Part shown: piece by piece, positions 49,870 through 62,015 of the stretch | How positions within the stretch are numbered: position 1 is the stretch's first letter | Layout of the letters: the number at the start of each line of letters is the position of its first letter | NCBI GenBank assembly: GCA_043228905.1 | Contig: JBHGNT010000009.1 | Location: forward strand, 14,260,001-14,324,000 | Direction of reading: 5' to 3' | Source: Azolla caroliniana | Taxonomy: Eukaryota; Plantae; Polypodiophyta | Length of the DNA: 64,000 nucleotides | The notes under the pieces: generated by a model | Database searches by the model: none | What the model saw: the letters and a program-made list of their open reading frames with translations, nothing else | Told to the model about the DNA's origin: nothing | Made by a program: the position numbers and the translations under genes

Positions 49870-52800
49870 TGTCAGGAATAGTACTAAAACAGAGATGGAA
49901 TTAGTACTAAGAACAGCAGTACTATTAGTACTAAGAGGACGGGACTGCGTAAGATTCCCGAGAGAGGAAGTGAGAAGAGGAGAGAGAGAGAGATAGCGAG
50001 AATGAGAGAGAGAGAGAGAGATGATGACAGTAGCTATATATTATGTGAAAAAATAAGTACAAGCAGCTAAGAGGCTTAAGACTGGCGTTGAACCAATTTG
50101 ATTCAAAACAATGCCTTGTGCCTCCTTTTATAGTGTTTTTAGGAATAATCCTGAAGCTTCTAGAATGTTCCAGAGAGATCTGGAATATACATCAATTTTA
50201 TATGATAAAGTATAAATGAAAATAATATCCTACAAAATACAATTCATAATCTAATGGTAAGAGCTCGACCCATGTAGCATAAAGTCATGGGTTCGAGTCT
50301 TGCCATGACACTATCTCCCCCTTAAAGACGACGAGTGGAACGAGTCGGCGCTAATTGCGGACCGGGTTTGTCCGGATACTTTCGGTGGAAATCAGCAAGA
50401 AGATCTTGTGCATTGGCAACATTCTCGACGGGTTCCCAAGTACATTCGCTCGGACTATAACCGAGCCAATCGACCAAGTAATAAAGTTTGTTGCGAACAA
50501 GTTTGGAATCGAGGATGGCAGCAACTTCATACTCCGGGCCGGCGTCCAACTCCAGCGGGGGCGGCGGTGGTGTCACACGATCGAGAATGGTGTTTGCTTT
50601 ATAAGGTTCAAGAAGAGAACAATGGAAAACCGGATGTATCTGAAGCTGCGGAGGGAGATCCAGGCGGAAGGTGACATCATTAATCTTCCCCGTAATACGG
50701 AAAGGACCGAGTCGTCGATAATCCAACTTGTCACACGGTCGAGTAGTCTTGATGTGACGACGTAAGAGCCATACTCGATCTCCGATGGCAAAAGAGGAGG
50801 GAATCCGATAACGATCCGCATAAGTCTTCTGTGTGTGTTGAGCATGACGAAGGTGAGTAGAGAGATCCATCTGGATCTTGCGTAGCCTCTCCAAATGGTC
50901 CTCGGCACGAGGGTTGGTAGGTAGCTCCGGAGTGTTGATCACCGACCAGCGAGGATGGAAACCGGTATAAGCGAGAAATGGGGAGACCCGAGTCGAGGAG
51001 TGAATAGCATTATTATACGCAAACTCCGCAAAGTGGAGAATCTCGGCCCAATCGTCCTGTTGATAACTCAGGAAACACCGGAGATATTGCTCCAACGTTT
51101 GGTTTGTTCGTTCCGCCTGTCCGTCAGTTTGAGGATGGTAGCCGGAGGAGAGTTGCAGGAGACCTTGAGCATCCTGAAGAGATGCTGCCAAAATTTGGAG
51201 ACAAATTGCGGGCCTCGGTCACTGATAATACTGTCTGGTAGGCCATGATGCCGAAATACCTCACGCATAACAAGAGCGGCGGTTTCCTCGCTAGTGATGG
51301 CTTTAATACATGGCACAAAATGTGCCATCTTCGTATATCGATCGACGACGGTTAGGATAGCATCGAACCCCTTCGAGACCGGCAGATCTGTAATAAAATC
51401 AAGACAAATAGACTGCCATGGCTTACTTGGAATTGGTAAAGGTTCCAACAAGCCATATGGATGGTGTCGTGGCATCTTTGCTCGGCAGCAAGCATCACAG
51501 GTCCGAACGTAGTCGTCGACAAAACGGCGCATGTGGGGCCACCAAAAAGATCGCTGCACTAACTCCAACGTCTTGGTACTACCGAAATGTCCCGCCGTAT
51601 GGGTGTCGTGACAATGTTGGACGATTTGAAGGTGACAGGAGCAATCGGGGACATATACACGCTTTTTAAAGAATAACAAACCATCATGATATTCGAATTG
51701 TCGGTAGTCAATACCTGGTTGTTGAGACTGAGAACAGGATGCCCGAGAAGTATCAATGTGCGCCAGGATGTCTTGAGCAAAACTATCCGTCTTCAAGGTT
51801 GCACGTATGTCATCGGTAATCCGTGAATCCATCGGGGTGTGAAAAATCCGCGTCATGTGCAATCGTGTTGGTCCCAAGATTACTTGCTTTTGATTATCAA
51901 ATGTTGCGTCACCAGGACGAGGTGCAAGATATGAACATCGTGATAGTGCATCTGCTTTTCCTTGCTGCTTCCCCGGTCGATATGTGATTTCGAAGTTGAA
52001 ACGCGTGAGGAATTGCGCCCACCGAGCTTGCCGTCGATTTAGTACGCGAGTGTTCTGAAAATAAGCAAGATTTTTATGATCGCTAAAGACAATGGCCTCC
52101 ATGATGAATGGTTTGCTTGTATCCACATGAGCTAGAATCGGTGCTGATGTAAAGGCTTTCTTAAGATGCCGAAAAGCCATATCTGCTTCGATGGACCAAA
52201 GAAATGCTTGACCCTTCTTCGTAAGTTGTGTGAGAGGTAAAATAATCTTCGAGTAATCCTGTATAAACTTACGGTAGAAGTTAGCAAAGCCTAGAAAACA
52301 TTGTACATCTCGTACCGACCGTGGAATTTGCCACTCTAGTACAGTTTGGATTTTACCTGGATCCATGGCGATGCCCTTTGAGGAGATGACGTAGCCTAGA
52401 AATTCCACTTGCTTGCAGTCAAAGCTACATTTCTCTAGCTTGGCATAAAGACCATTCTCGCGGAGTCGCTTTAGTACTAATAGTACATGAGAATCGTGCT
52501 CTTCCTGGGTCTTCGAATAAATCAACAGATCATCCAGATAAATGATCAAACAGATATCCAAGAGGTCTCTGAATATATCATTTGCCATGTGTTGGAAGAC
52601 TGCGGGTGCATTGGTTAGGCCAAACGGCATAACAGTATACTCGAAATGCCCATACCGCGTGCGAAAAGCGGTCTTCCACTCATCTCCCGGTCGGATCCGC
52701 ACGAGATTATACGCTCCTCGTAGGTCGATTTTAGTAAAAAACTTGGCACCATTAACTCGCTCTAAAAGACTTGATATAAGAGGAAGTGCATACCTATTCC

Positions 52801-55361
52801 GGATGGTGACTTTATTCAATCCGCGGTAATCAACGACAAGACGAAGTGAGCCATCTTTCTTCTTGACAAAGAAGATGGGTGCACCGGCCGGAGATTTCGA
52901 ATGACGGATGAACCCGCTTGCCAAGTTCTCCTCTATGTAGGCTCGAAGGACTTCTAACTCGGTGGGTGACAAGTTGTAAATTGGTCCCCATGGTGGCTCG
53001 GTTCCTGGTTGTAAATCGATGGGACAGTCATAGGGACGGTGATGAGGAAGGGTACCGGCTTTTACCTTGTCAAATACATCGGCATAAGGATGATATTTTG
53101 CCGGAAGTTGTATTGAGGAGTCCTTCTTAATAGTGCTAGAAGGATGTACTGATATGGCAAATAGGAACATTGCCTCCTTGGGTCCTTCTTCGCGTAGTTG
53201 ATGGAGTGAAATGGTCGAAACTCGGTGAGTTGATTCTTGGGGTGGTCAATATCGGACTTCTCTTGTTCTCCAATCTATGGCTGGATTATGTAATTCAAGC
53301 CAAGGTAATCCTAGGACAATGGGATGCTCTGGACTACTAATTATATTAAATGATATTATACACACAAAACTACCTAGGACAACTTGAATGGGTTCTGATT
53401 CTTCTACAATATTCCCGGAAGCAATGGGACGACCATCAATGACCACTACAGATGCGGGACAAGGAAGTTTTCTTAAGGATATCTGAGAAGCTTGGGCAAA
53501 ATTTCGATCCATGAAACAGGAATTAGCTCCGGAATCTAAAAGTGCTAGGACGGGTACTGGGGGAGTACTTTTAGTACTAACAATGACTTGGGCTAGGAAC
53601 ACATTGCTAACTTGCTTGGAAGGAATGGAACCACTAATGGGTTGTACAGATCTAGGGCTGCTGTCCAACCAAATGGCTCCTATTTTGGCTGGACTCAATC
53701 GTTTAACTCTTCATCTAATTGACTAAGGATTTCAAATTTATTTGAGATACTTGGGCTATTAGTACTATGAATACTATCTGACACTCTATTAGTACTATTA
53801 ATACTATCAGACACTCCGAAGGGAAGAATTGACTCGGGTTTAGTACAGGCGACGATTTGATTTACCTGTCTTCTTGGCCTATGGGGACAATTGATGGCGA
53901 TATGTCCTGGTCCACCGCAATAAAGACATAATCGATTGGCACGTCGTCGTTGCTTTTCTTCTTCCAATAACGGGCCGCGTCGACGCATGGTATCGATCTC
54001 CATCGGTGTCGAAGTATTTGCTTGAGGTATGTCTCGTGCAAACGGTTTAGCCGCGACTGCGGCGTAAGTGGGCTCTGGCCTAGAGCATGGTATCTGTAAT
54101 TGACGTTCTGAACGCCGTTCAAAAAGGCGGTTGTCACATCGAACTGCTCGACTGATTGCCTCCGTAAGAGACTTTGGTTCTTCGGGGAAAGTTAGAAGTA
54201 GATCTTTGACATCGTTTCGCAAGCCATAGCGAAACTGCTCCATTAGTGCTTGATCATCCCAGGGTATATCTGAAGCAAGTAGGCGGAAATCCGCCGCGTA
54301 GGCAGAGGCTGGACGATCGTCTTGACGCAATCGCCGGATCTTGTTGATCGCCGTCCTGATGCTGTCGGTGTCTCCAAAGCAGGCTTTAAACTCACCAATA
54401 AAATCTTCAAAGTTATTAAGTAAGGGTGATTGTTTTTCTAGAAGCGGAGCAAACCATGCCAAGGCTGAGCCGCAAAGTAGCGTGCCTATTAGGCCGACTC
54501 GAGATGCATCAGTGGGATATCGGGAAGGATGCATCTGGATGACTAAGCGTACCTGATTAAGGAATCCCCGGAATTGCGAACGCGTTCCATCAAATTTCAC
54601 AGGAAGTCCAATCTTGGGCTCTTTATGAAATCCTTGGGGACTGGATCCTTGTTGTTGCAACGCTGCTTCGAGTTATTGTACCCGTAACGCTAACTCCCCA
54701 TGTTGTTGTTGCGTTTGTTGTTTTTCTAGAGCGATTTGTTGCAGATCCCCTATCAGCCGTTGGTTTTCTTGTTCCAGGGCAACAAACTTTTCTTTTAGGC
54801 ACTGTAGCTCGGAGAAAACGGATTGGTATTCTTGGGCGCTAACAGTAGCCATAGTATAGGGAAAAGGGTAGGAGGATGAGGGAGAGTGACAAGTAGGCTA
54901 GAGGACAAAAATTGGTTCAAACTGTCAGGAATAGTACTAAAACAGAGATGGAATTAGTACTAAGAACAGCAGTACTATTAGTACTAAGAGGACGGGACTG
55001 CGTAAGATTCCCGAGAGAGGAAGTGAGAAGAGGAGAGAGAGAGAGATAGCGAGAATGAGAGAGAGAGAGAGATGATGACAGCAGCTATATATTATGTGAA
55101 AAAATAAGTACAAGCGGCTAAGAGGCTTAAGACTGGCGTTGAACCAATTTGGTTCAAAACAATGCCTTGTGCCTCCTTTTATAGTGTTTTTAGGAATAAT
55201 CCTGAAGCTTCTAGAATGTTCCAGAGAGATCTGGAATATACATCAATTTTCTATGATAAAGTATAAATGAAAATAATATCCTACAAAATACAATTCATAA
55301 TCTAATGGTAAGAGCTCGACCCATGTAGCATAAAGTCATGGGTTCGAGTCTTGCCATGACA
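49870..55361 (-). mobile_element. Gypsy H: young chromovirus of the same family as G, defective
   Basis: LTRs 49870-50310 and 54923-55361 (about 4 substitutions plus one AG unit by eye), TSD ATGGC, PPT complement at 50311. Gag ATG at 54852, PR 53246-53698, RT/RH/IN 51068-53170, IN-chromodomain 50322-51191. Confidence 0.96.
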
Positions 55362-56480
55362 ATGGCCTCTTCTTCAACCTCTTCCAACACTATTGTAGGG
55401 TGCGTGCCCCTCACTTTCAGAGTTTCATTTGTTTATATCCTTAGCCAAATTTCTTTCTTCCACCACTAGCATTGAAACAAGATCTGCAAAACTTGGGATG
55501 TTATCCCTTGTGAGAATGGACGTTTTGAAGCTTTTATATTGAGGTCCTAAGCCCCTTAAGCATACTTCTACTTTATCATCATCTTCTACCTTCACATTAA
55601 TAGAAGCAAGTGACTCACATATGCTCTTTATTTTCAAAGCATATACTCCTTAACTAACATTTTACCTTTTTCCAATGTATTTTTAGTTCAGTTTTCAACT
55701 GAAGTTTTCTTGCCTTTGTATTTATTGCGAACAGTTTCACCAAACTGTCCCAAGCTTCCTTTGGAAGTAAAGCATCTTGTATATGTCCAAGCATCGAATC
55801 TAAGATGTTAAGTCATAGCCAATGCAACACTTTTCTTGCCCCTTGATTCCAATCTTTAAATGCCTTGATTTGTGCCACATTTGCATTTTCTTTAGGGATC
55901 TCTAGAGATTTGTCATTCTGAATTTCCACGCAGGGAAATTGTTTTTATCAAGTTTTTCTGTAACTATTTGGCTTCCATTCTTAGTGGCCATCTCTATTTT
56001 AATTTTAGGCTTTAGTTGTGACTAAGCTCAACAAACAACTCTAATTTAGATAAGCAAACAAAGTAATATTCTCATATCTATTATATTCTTCTCTAACAAT
56101 AGTTATGCTCTGATACCATGTTAAGAATGTGCTACGGCTATTCTTTGTGCAACAGCGGACACGTGATGGGCAGGATCATTTAGGTTCAAGAGAGAAGGAA
56201 AGGGTAAGGAGACTCACCTCTATAGCAACCCAAAAAACCTTTTGTTTCATTACTTAGAAAAACCTCTCGTCTGTCTCTATATATTTCTCTCTCTCTCTTT
56301 TCTACCTAAGTGTTGTTAGTGACTTACAACTATTTAGTTGTGAATAGCTAACTAGTTGTTCATAGCTATTTTACCTATGTTTTCTAACATCACTATTACA
56401 TTAGCTAATTCGTCTAATAGCTACTATGAAAAATCTCAGTTACCGATATCACATTGCTTTTGTTGAGGTTGTTTCTCAAC

Positions 56481-58019
56481 CCTTCTCAAGAGAGGAGTCA
56501 TCGAGGTAAGAACTTGAGACAAGGGAAGAGACACAAGAATTCAAGATTGAGATCAAGGAGGATTCGAACTCAACCACGATGGTTGAGGAGGCGATCAAAG
56601 AAAGATCGAGGCAAGAGACCGAGGTCGAGTTTGAAACAATGGAATTGGAAGCCAAGAGTGATGGCGAGATTGAGATCAAGCCCGAGATTGAGGTTGAGTG
56701 CGAGATAGGGGTCAATGAAGACCCAACAAGGGAGGAAGCAGAAGCACCCCCAAAACGAGAACTCAATACTAAGACCGAGTCTAAGTTAGAGATACAAGAT
56801 GAGGGGACCATGAAGCAAGAGCTTGAGACTGAGCTCAAGATCGAACTAAGAGAAGGGCCAACCAAAGTGATTGAACAAAAGGCCAAAGTGGAGGAAACGC
56901 CAAGGCAAGAGTTCAAAACAAGGAAAGAGACACAAGAAGTTGAGGCCGAGCTAGAGACCAAGTTGGAGGTTGAAATGGAAAGCATGAGCAAGATTCGCTC
57001 GAACACGGTGGATGAGTTGAACATAGAGAAAGCGCCTTCTAGCGAAGAAAAGCTCGAACCCAAGACCAAGACCGAACTCAAGATGGACACAAAGGAAGGC
57101 CAACGCAAGATCAAGGTTGATCAAGGAGAAACAAAGCTCGAACAAGAGGAAGAGTCCTCGAAGAAAAAACATGAGGCTGGGCAAAAGCACAAAGAATGCT
57201 TGAGGCAAGAGACCAAGCAGGAAATGATCGAGACAAGAAGGCAAGTTCATGAGTTTGATGGAACTCAAGCTCTACAACATGGGGTTGAATGTGGTGTCCC
57301 TAAACATTGCCAACGCAAAACCAACCCCAAAGAGAGTCGTGAAGGAACCAAGGAACCCCAAAATGAGTTGGTACACACCCACAGAGTCTCGATCGAAGCC
57401 AGCACGAGCTTAAGGAGGAAAAATACAAGTCGGGACAAAATCACGCGGTCCCAACTAGCCCAAGTAGGGCTTGGGTTGGGACAGTCCCACGTAGCCACCA
57501 ATCCCAACCAAAGTTGGGACCCAAAAAGTAACCTAGTCCCAGTCCCAATCTTGGTCCCAGCCCCCGTCCCAACACCACCTTGGGCTGGGACAACCCAATC
57601 CCAACGGGCAGTCCAAATTGGGAATGCTCCACAGCTAGTCCAACAACTAGCCCCAATGGCTAGCCTCAATGGACATTCTTGGCCCAACGCCAAGGGAGCT
57701 CGACAACCACCTCTTGGCATAACAACTTGGGTAGCCCAAGAGTCACCTATTTGCATAACGGATTGGGTAAACCAACATCCACCCCTGAGACTATATATAG
57801 AGGAGCTTCTCCTCATTTTGATCATTCCTCGATTTCCATTTACTCGCTTCTCCTCTCACGTTCCTTAATCTTAGCTAGCTCCAAGGAGCTTGTAATAATC
57901 CTTCTTGTAATCACAATGAAGTATTAATGATAAGTAATCATAATATTGGCTCGATATCTACTCCCAACCGTGTTTTGAGTTCCGTTTGGAGAGTCCCCCC
58001 ACATTCTTGGTTCATCACA
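56481..58019 (+). mobile_element. LTR-like segment containing a 429-codon E/K-rich ORF (56579-57868)
   Basis: CTATATATAGAGG TATA-like at ~57791, a pyrimidine-rich tail and a ...CATCACA end resemble an LTR. The ORF is low-complexity. No 5' TG or TSD identified. Confidence 0.4.
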
Positions 58020-58413
58020 TATTTGTGATTGGGTATTTGAATGTGTGTATGTTGTAGAGAAGGTTGGTGTATGCCATGGGAAACCAAGAATTGTAGATTC
58101 ATGACCACATGTTGTGAATAGTAATGGATTGTTTAAATGCTCAAAATGTATTGTGGTTAAATAATTAGTGTGATCTTGGCAAAGAAGGCTCTATGATCTG
58201 TAGGGCTATTGGAATGGAACAAAAATCTCAAGTTTGGGTTCAAGTGCATGGAAAACATTAGATTGATAACTATGCAAAATAAGTAGGTAGAGCATGACCT
58301 ACAAGCCATCCATCATACACCGAGTTTCATATACCTCCTCGATATGACTATATTTGGTAACCATTGGTGACCGGCTGCTCCTCTTCTAAAACCGGAGGTA
58401 GCCGGTAATCCAT

Positions 58414-58441
58414 AGACCGTTGAGAACGTCCACCATTCAAA
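58414..58441 (+). promoter_or_regulatory. Candidate MSA (AACGG core) and CHR-like (TTTGAA) cell-cycle motifs upstream of Aurora
   Basis: AGACCGTTGA (reverse TCAACGGTCT) at 58414-58423 and ATTCAAA at ~58435, about 100-130 bp before the ATG. MSA elements typically drive plant G2/M genes. Confidence 0.45.
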
Positions 58442-58541
58442 CAGAACCAAATCTCTCTCTCTCTCTCTCTCTGCAGCAGCAAATTCTTCTTCTTCTTCTT
58501 CTCCTGTGTGCTTTAGCTTAAGTTGAGGTGTCAACGAAGCC

Positions 58542-58560
58542 ATGGTCAATTCACAGGTCA

Positions 58561-58609
<49 letters not shown>

Positions 58610-59761
58610 CATTTTTTTTCTGTTTAAGCTTTCTTCTTATGTGTGTTTGTGCTCCTTCTTTTCTTCCATTCTTCCTCATAGAAGATGTCTTCTGCTGAAT
58701 CCGGAACGGAGAACAAGGAAATCCATGAGAAGAGATGGATCCTCAGCGACTTCGACATCGGAAAGCCCCTCGGCAGAGGGAAATTCGGTAACGTTTACCT
58801 CGCAAGAGAGAAGAAGGTAGACTAAACAATATATCATTTTCTTCTGATAAAGCTTCGATTTTTCTTAGTATCATGCAATCGTGATCTTCTTCCGCCGCAT
58901 CCTATATACATATGTATATGTTTGTATATATACAGAGCAAGTGCGTGGTAGCGTTGAAGGTGCTGTTCAAGAATCAGCTACAGCAGTCACAGGTGGAGCA
59001 TCAGTTGAGAAGGGAGATAGAGATCCAGAGCCATCTCAGGCATCCCAATATATTGCGCCTCTACGGCTACTTCTACGATGGGGTATCGAGCTTCATTTCA
59101 TCTTTTTTATTGTGTAGAGATCGAGAAAAAAATGTCTGATATATGTTGGTAAATCTATATAAACATGTACATAATATACATCAAACTGTTCTTTCAGAGC
59201 CGTGTTTACTTGATACTCGAGTATGCCCCCAAGGGTGAGCTCTACAAAGAGTTACAAAGATACAAGGTTTTCAGCGAAAGACGATCAGCTACAGTATGTG
59301 CTACTTCCTACTTTTCTTTTATTCTACATTATAGAAGCTTCAATGGATCGATCCATTGTTATCAGAGAATGGTTTTAATATTATCTTATCCTGCGATTTT
59401 CAGTACATCGCATCCTTGACTCGAGCATTGATGTACTGCCACGAGAAGCATGTAATACATCGGGATATAAAGCCAGAGAATTTGTTGATAGGCATCAAGG
59501 TAATGATTCAAAAGCTTATTAGTGATAATAGATGAAATGAAATCGATTACCAACGATACTATTGATTTACTTCTAGTAATATGGTCTGTTCAATTCATGT
59601 GAATATAGTTTATGAATGACAATGCAGGGAGATCTGAAGATAGCAGATTTTGGATGGTCGGTCCATACTTTTGATAGACGGCGTACCATGTGTGGTACTC
59701 TTGATTATCTCCCCCCTGAAATGGGTAATTGGATGAATCAACTCTTTTACACCATTGTGTT

Positions 59762-59805
<44 letters not shown>

Positions 59806-60748
59806 GTTTGATCCATCTGAACAATTGTCTTTTTGCATCATTGTGCTTTGCATTATCTGTTCATCTATATAGTATAGCTACAATTGAAGTCTACGTGAAT
59901 GAACTGATGTCTTTGTCCACCAATATGTTTTAATTGATCTAGTTGATCCATTTGAAGCGATGAATCAAGTCTATGAGAATGAGTGAATGAATGTTGGACT
60001 ATGAGCAGATAGATACCTATGAATCAAGTTTTTGTGATGAATATATTTCGCCAACATTGCATCATTGATCCATATGAGCCTACGAATCAAGTCTTTGTGT
60101 TCTTGCAGTTGAAAGCAAGGATCATGATGCCAGTGTGGATATCTGGAGCTTAGGAGTGCTCTGTTATGAATTCCTATTTGGTTCTCCACCATTTGAAGCA
60201 GTTAAACACTCAGATACATATAGAAGGTATTATCATGCAATGATTTGCTAAATGCCAAGTGGCACAAAATTCGAAGCTAAATATAGTGCATTAAGTTGAA
60301 TCTTAATAGAATCTATGACTACATTATTTATTGGTAAGCAATGAAAGCATGCGTACAAGGAAAGAGAAGCTTAATGCATCCATTGCAACCGCTTATTTGA
60401 CTAGCAAATACTATGGTTAGGATTTTCTTAAATGGGATGATTAATGATTCTTTGTTGAATGAAATGCATAGAATTGTGAAGGTTGACTTGAAGTTTCCAG
60501 CCAGGCCTTTTGTATCACCTCAAGCAAAAGACCTTATCAGCCAGGTAAAATATTCTTGATTTTGGGATAGTTGTATTGGGTCACAGCTGTATTTGGATTA
60601 AATCACCACATAAAGATTTTGTCTTTCCTTACATTATACTACATAGCTATTGGTGAAAGACTCATCTCAGCGACTTCCACTCGAGAAAGTTCTCACCCAT
60701 CCATGGATTGTTGCCAACGCGGATCCGAGTGGTGTATATGCAGTATAG
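58542..60748 (+). CDS. AUR: Aurora serine/threonine kinase, 292 aa, 9 exons
   Basis: Exons 58542-58556, 58682-58816, 58936-59082, 59198-59293, 59404-59499, 59628-59724, 60109-60226, 60472-60544, 60647-60748; all GT-AG, 879 nt. Motifs [71 protein letters not shown]. Confidence 0.96.
59765..59803. repeat. (TG)n microsatellite in Aurora intron 6; (CT)n in intron 1 at ~58565-58606
   Basis: Direct reading. Confidence 0.9.
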
Positions 60749-61954
60749 AGAAATTCTACCATGAATACCGGATTGCTTACTTGTTGGATGATGGTGGAAT
60801 AATTCGTTCTTGTCTACATTGACTGATTTGTTGTACATAACGCGGTAGACATTTACTACCCCTGCCCAGGTCTTCTTGATTAATGGATGTTTTATGTGTT
60901 TTCTGCGTGAGGCAACATACATTGCACGTGCAGTCTTTGTGAGATAATGTCATCCCGCTATGCAAGGCTACAAATTGTTGCCCTTCATTCAAAAAGGAAA
61001 TATTCTTTGGTTTCTTCAGGGAGGAATGTGGGTTCTTTTCATTCATTCTTGATCCATCATTATAGAATTGTCACTTTGTTCCTTGTGTGTATATATTCTT
61101 TATATAGCAAACATATTTAACTACTTTTGATACTTGGAAAGATTGACAGTTATTGTATTATTTTTCTGCTGAGTATAAGGAAGTGACAACACATCAATAA
61201 TGTAGTGTTGTGAGAGGAACAGGTACAAGAAAAGATTAGCTGAGTCTTGCATGAATTTATTGCCTAAGGTTTTGCATTTGTGAGTGTTGTTTTCCATTGG
61301 GCACTAGTGATATATATAAATGGGTTGTATGGCTGGGGAGAATGAATGATGCCAGAACCACGAGGGAGAGAAAGAATGTGTAGCCCACATTTCGGTGGAA
61401 TCTTGTAAATTAAAGAAAAAAGAAGAGGTGTGTGTGTTGATAGTTGATCCTTGATGAACCCAAGGCCTTTCGGTAGTTTATAATTATCACTACTAGGGTA
61501 AGTTAGTTACGATAATAAAAAATGTACATGTGTGTGCAAATAAAATTCACGTGAGAGAGAAAAGGAAAGAAAGACATACTAACGTTTTCTAAGACCAAAT
61601 TTGGCCCAAAGAGAGAGAGAGAGAGAGAGAGAGTCGTTGTGGTAAGGCTATGAAGCGCTATATTTATTGATTTCTTTCTTTCGTGAGCTTACAAATATTG
61701 AACGACTGCCATTATGCGATTCACATATTATTATTATTGGCATTCTCATTCCCTTTGGCTATTTGGGCATGAATAATTCATGATTTGACAATCTTTTTCG
61801 TCAATGTCATCAATGGGGTAGTTCAAACTTCATATAGTGTGTTCACAGCCTCGACTCTTAAACTATTTAAAATGTGTTATGTGCCCACCTATAAGAGAGT
61901 TTTTTTTCCCTTGTTTGCATTGACATACAAATGAACAGTGATCATACAAAACAC

Positions 61955-62015
61955 AGGCGTACAATTTTACTTTCTTGCATATCACCTACATGCAAGAAAG
62001 TAAAATTGTATGCCT
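61955..62015. repeat. 26-bp inverted repeat with 9-nt loop
   Basis: AGGCGTACAATTTTACTTTCTTGCAT-ATCACCTAC-ATGCAAGAAAGTAAAATTGTATGCCT; one G.T pair. Confidence 0.9.

Larger units (their letters stand above)
45966..56480 (-). mobile_element. Copia I: heavily decayed, hosting a solo LTR and Gypsy H
   Basis: 5' LTR 56119-56480 with PBS complement at 56107-56118. Truncated 3' LTR ~45966-46117 with PPT complement CTCCCCCTCAAGC. RNase H, RT (YVDD), IN (FDGGGEY, AERKN) and gag fragments on the minus strand. Confidence 0.88.

Noticed and set aside
53170-53250. Programmed stop read-through between protease and RT
   Set aside because: The TGA falls at different codons in G and H, and each matches CGA in the other copy, consistent with CpG deamination.
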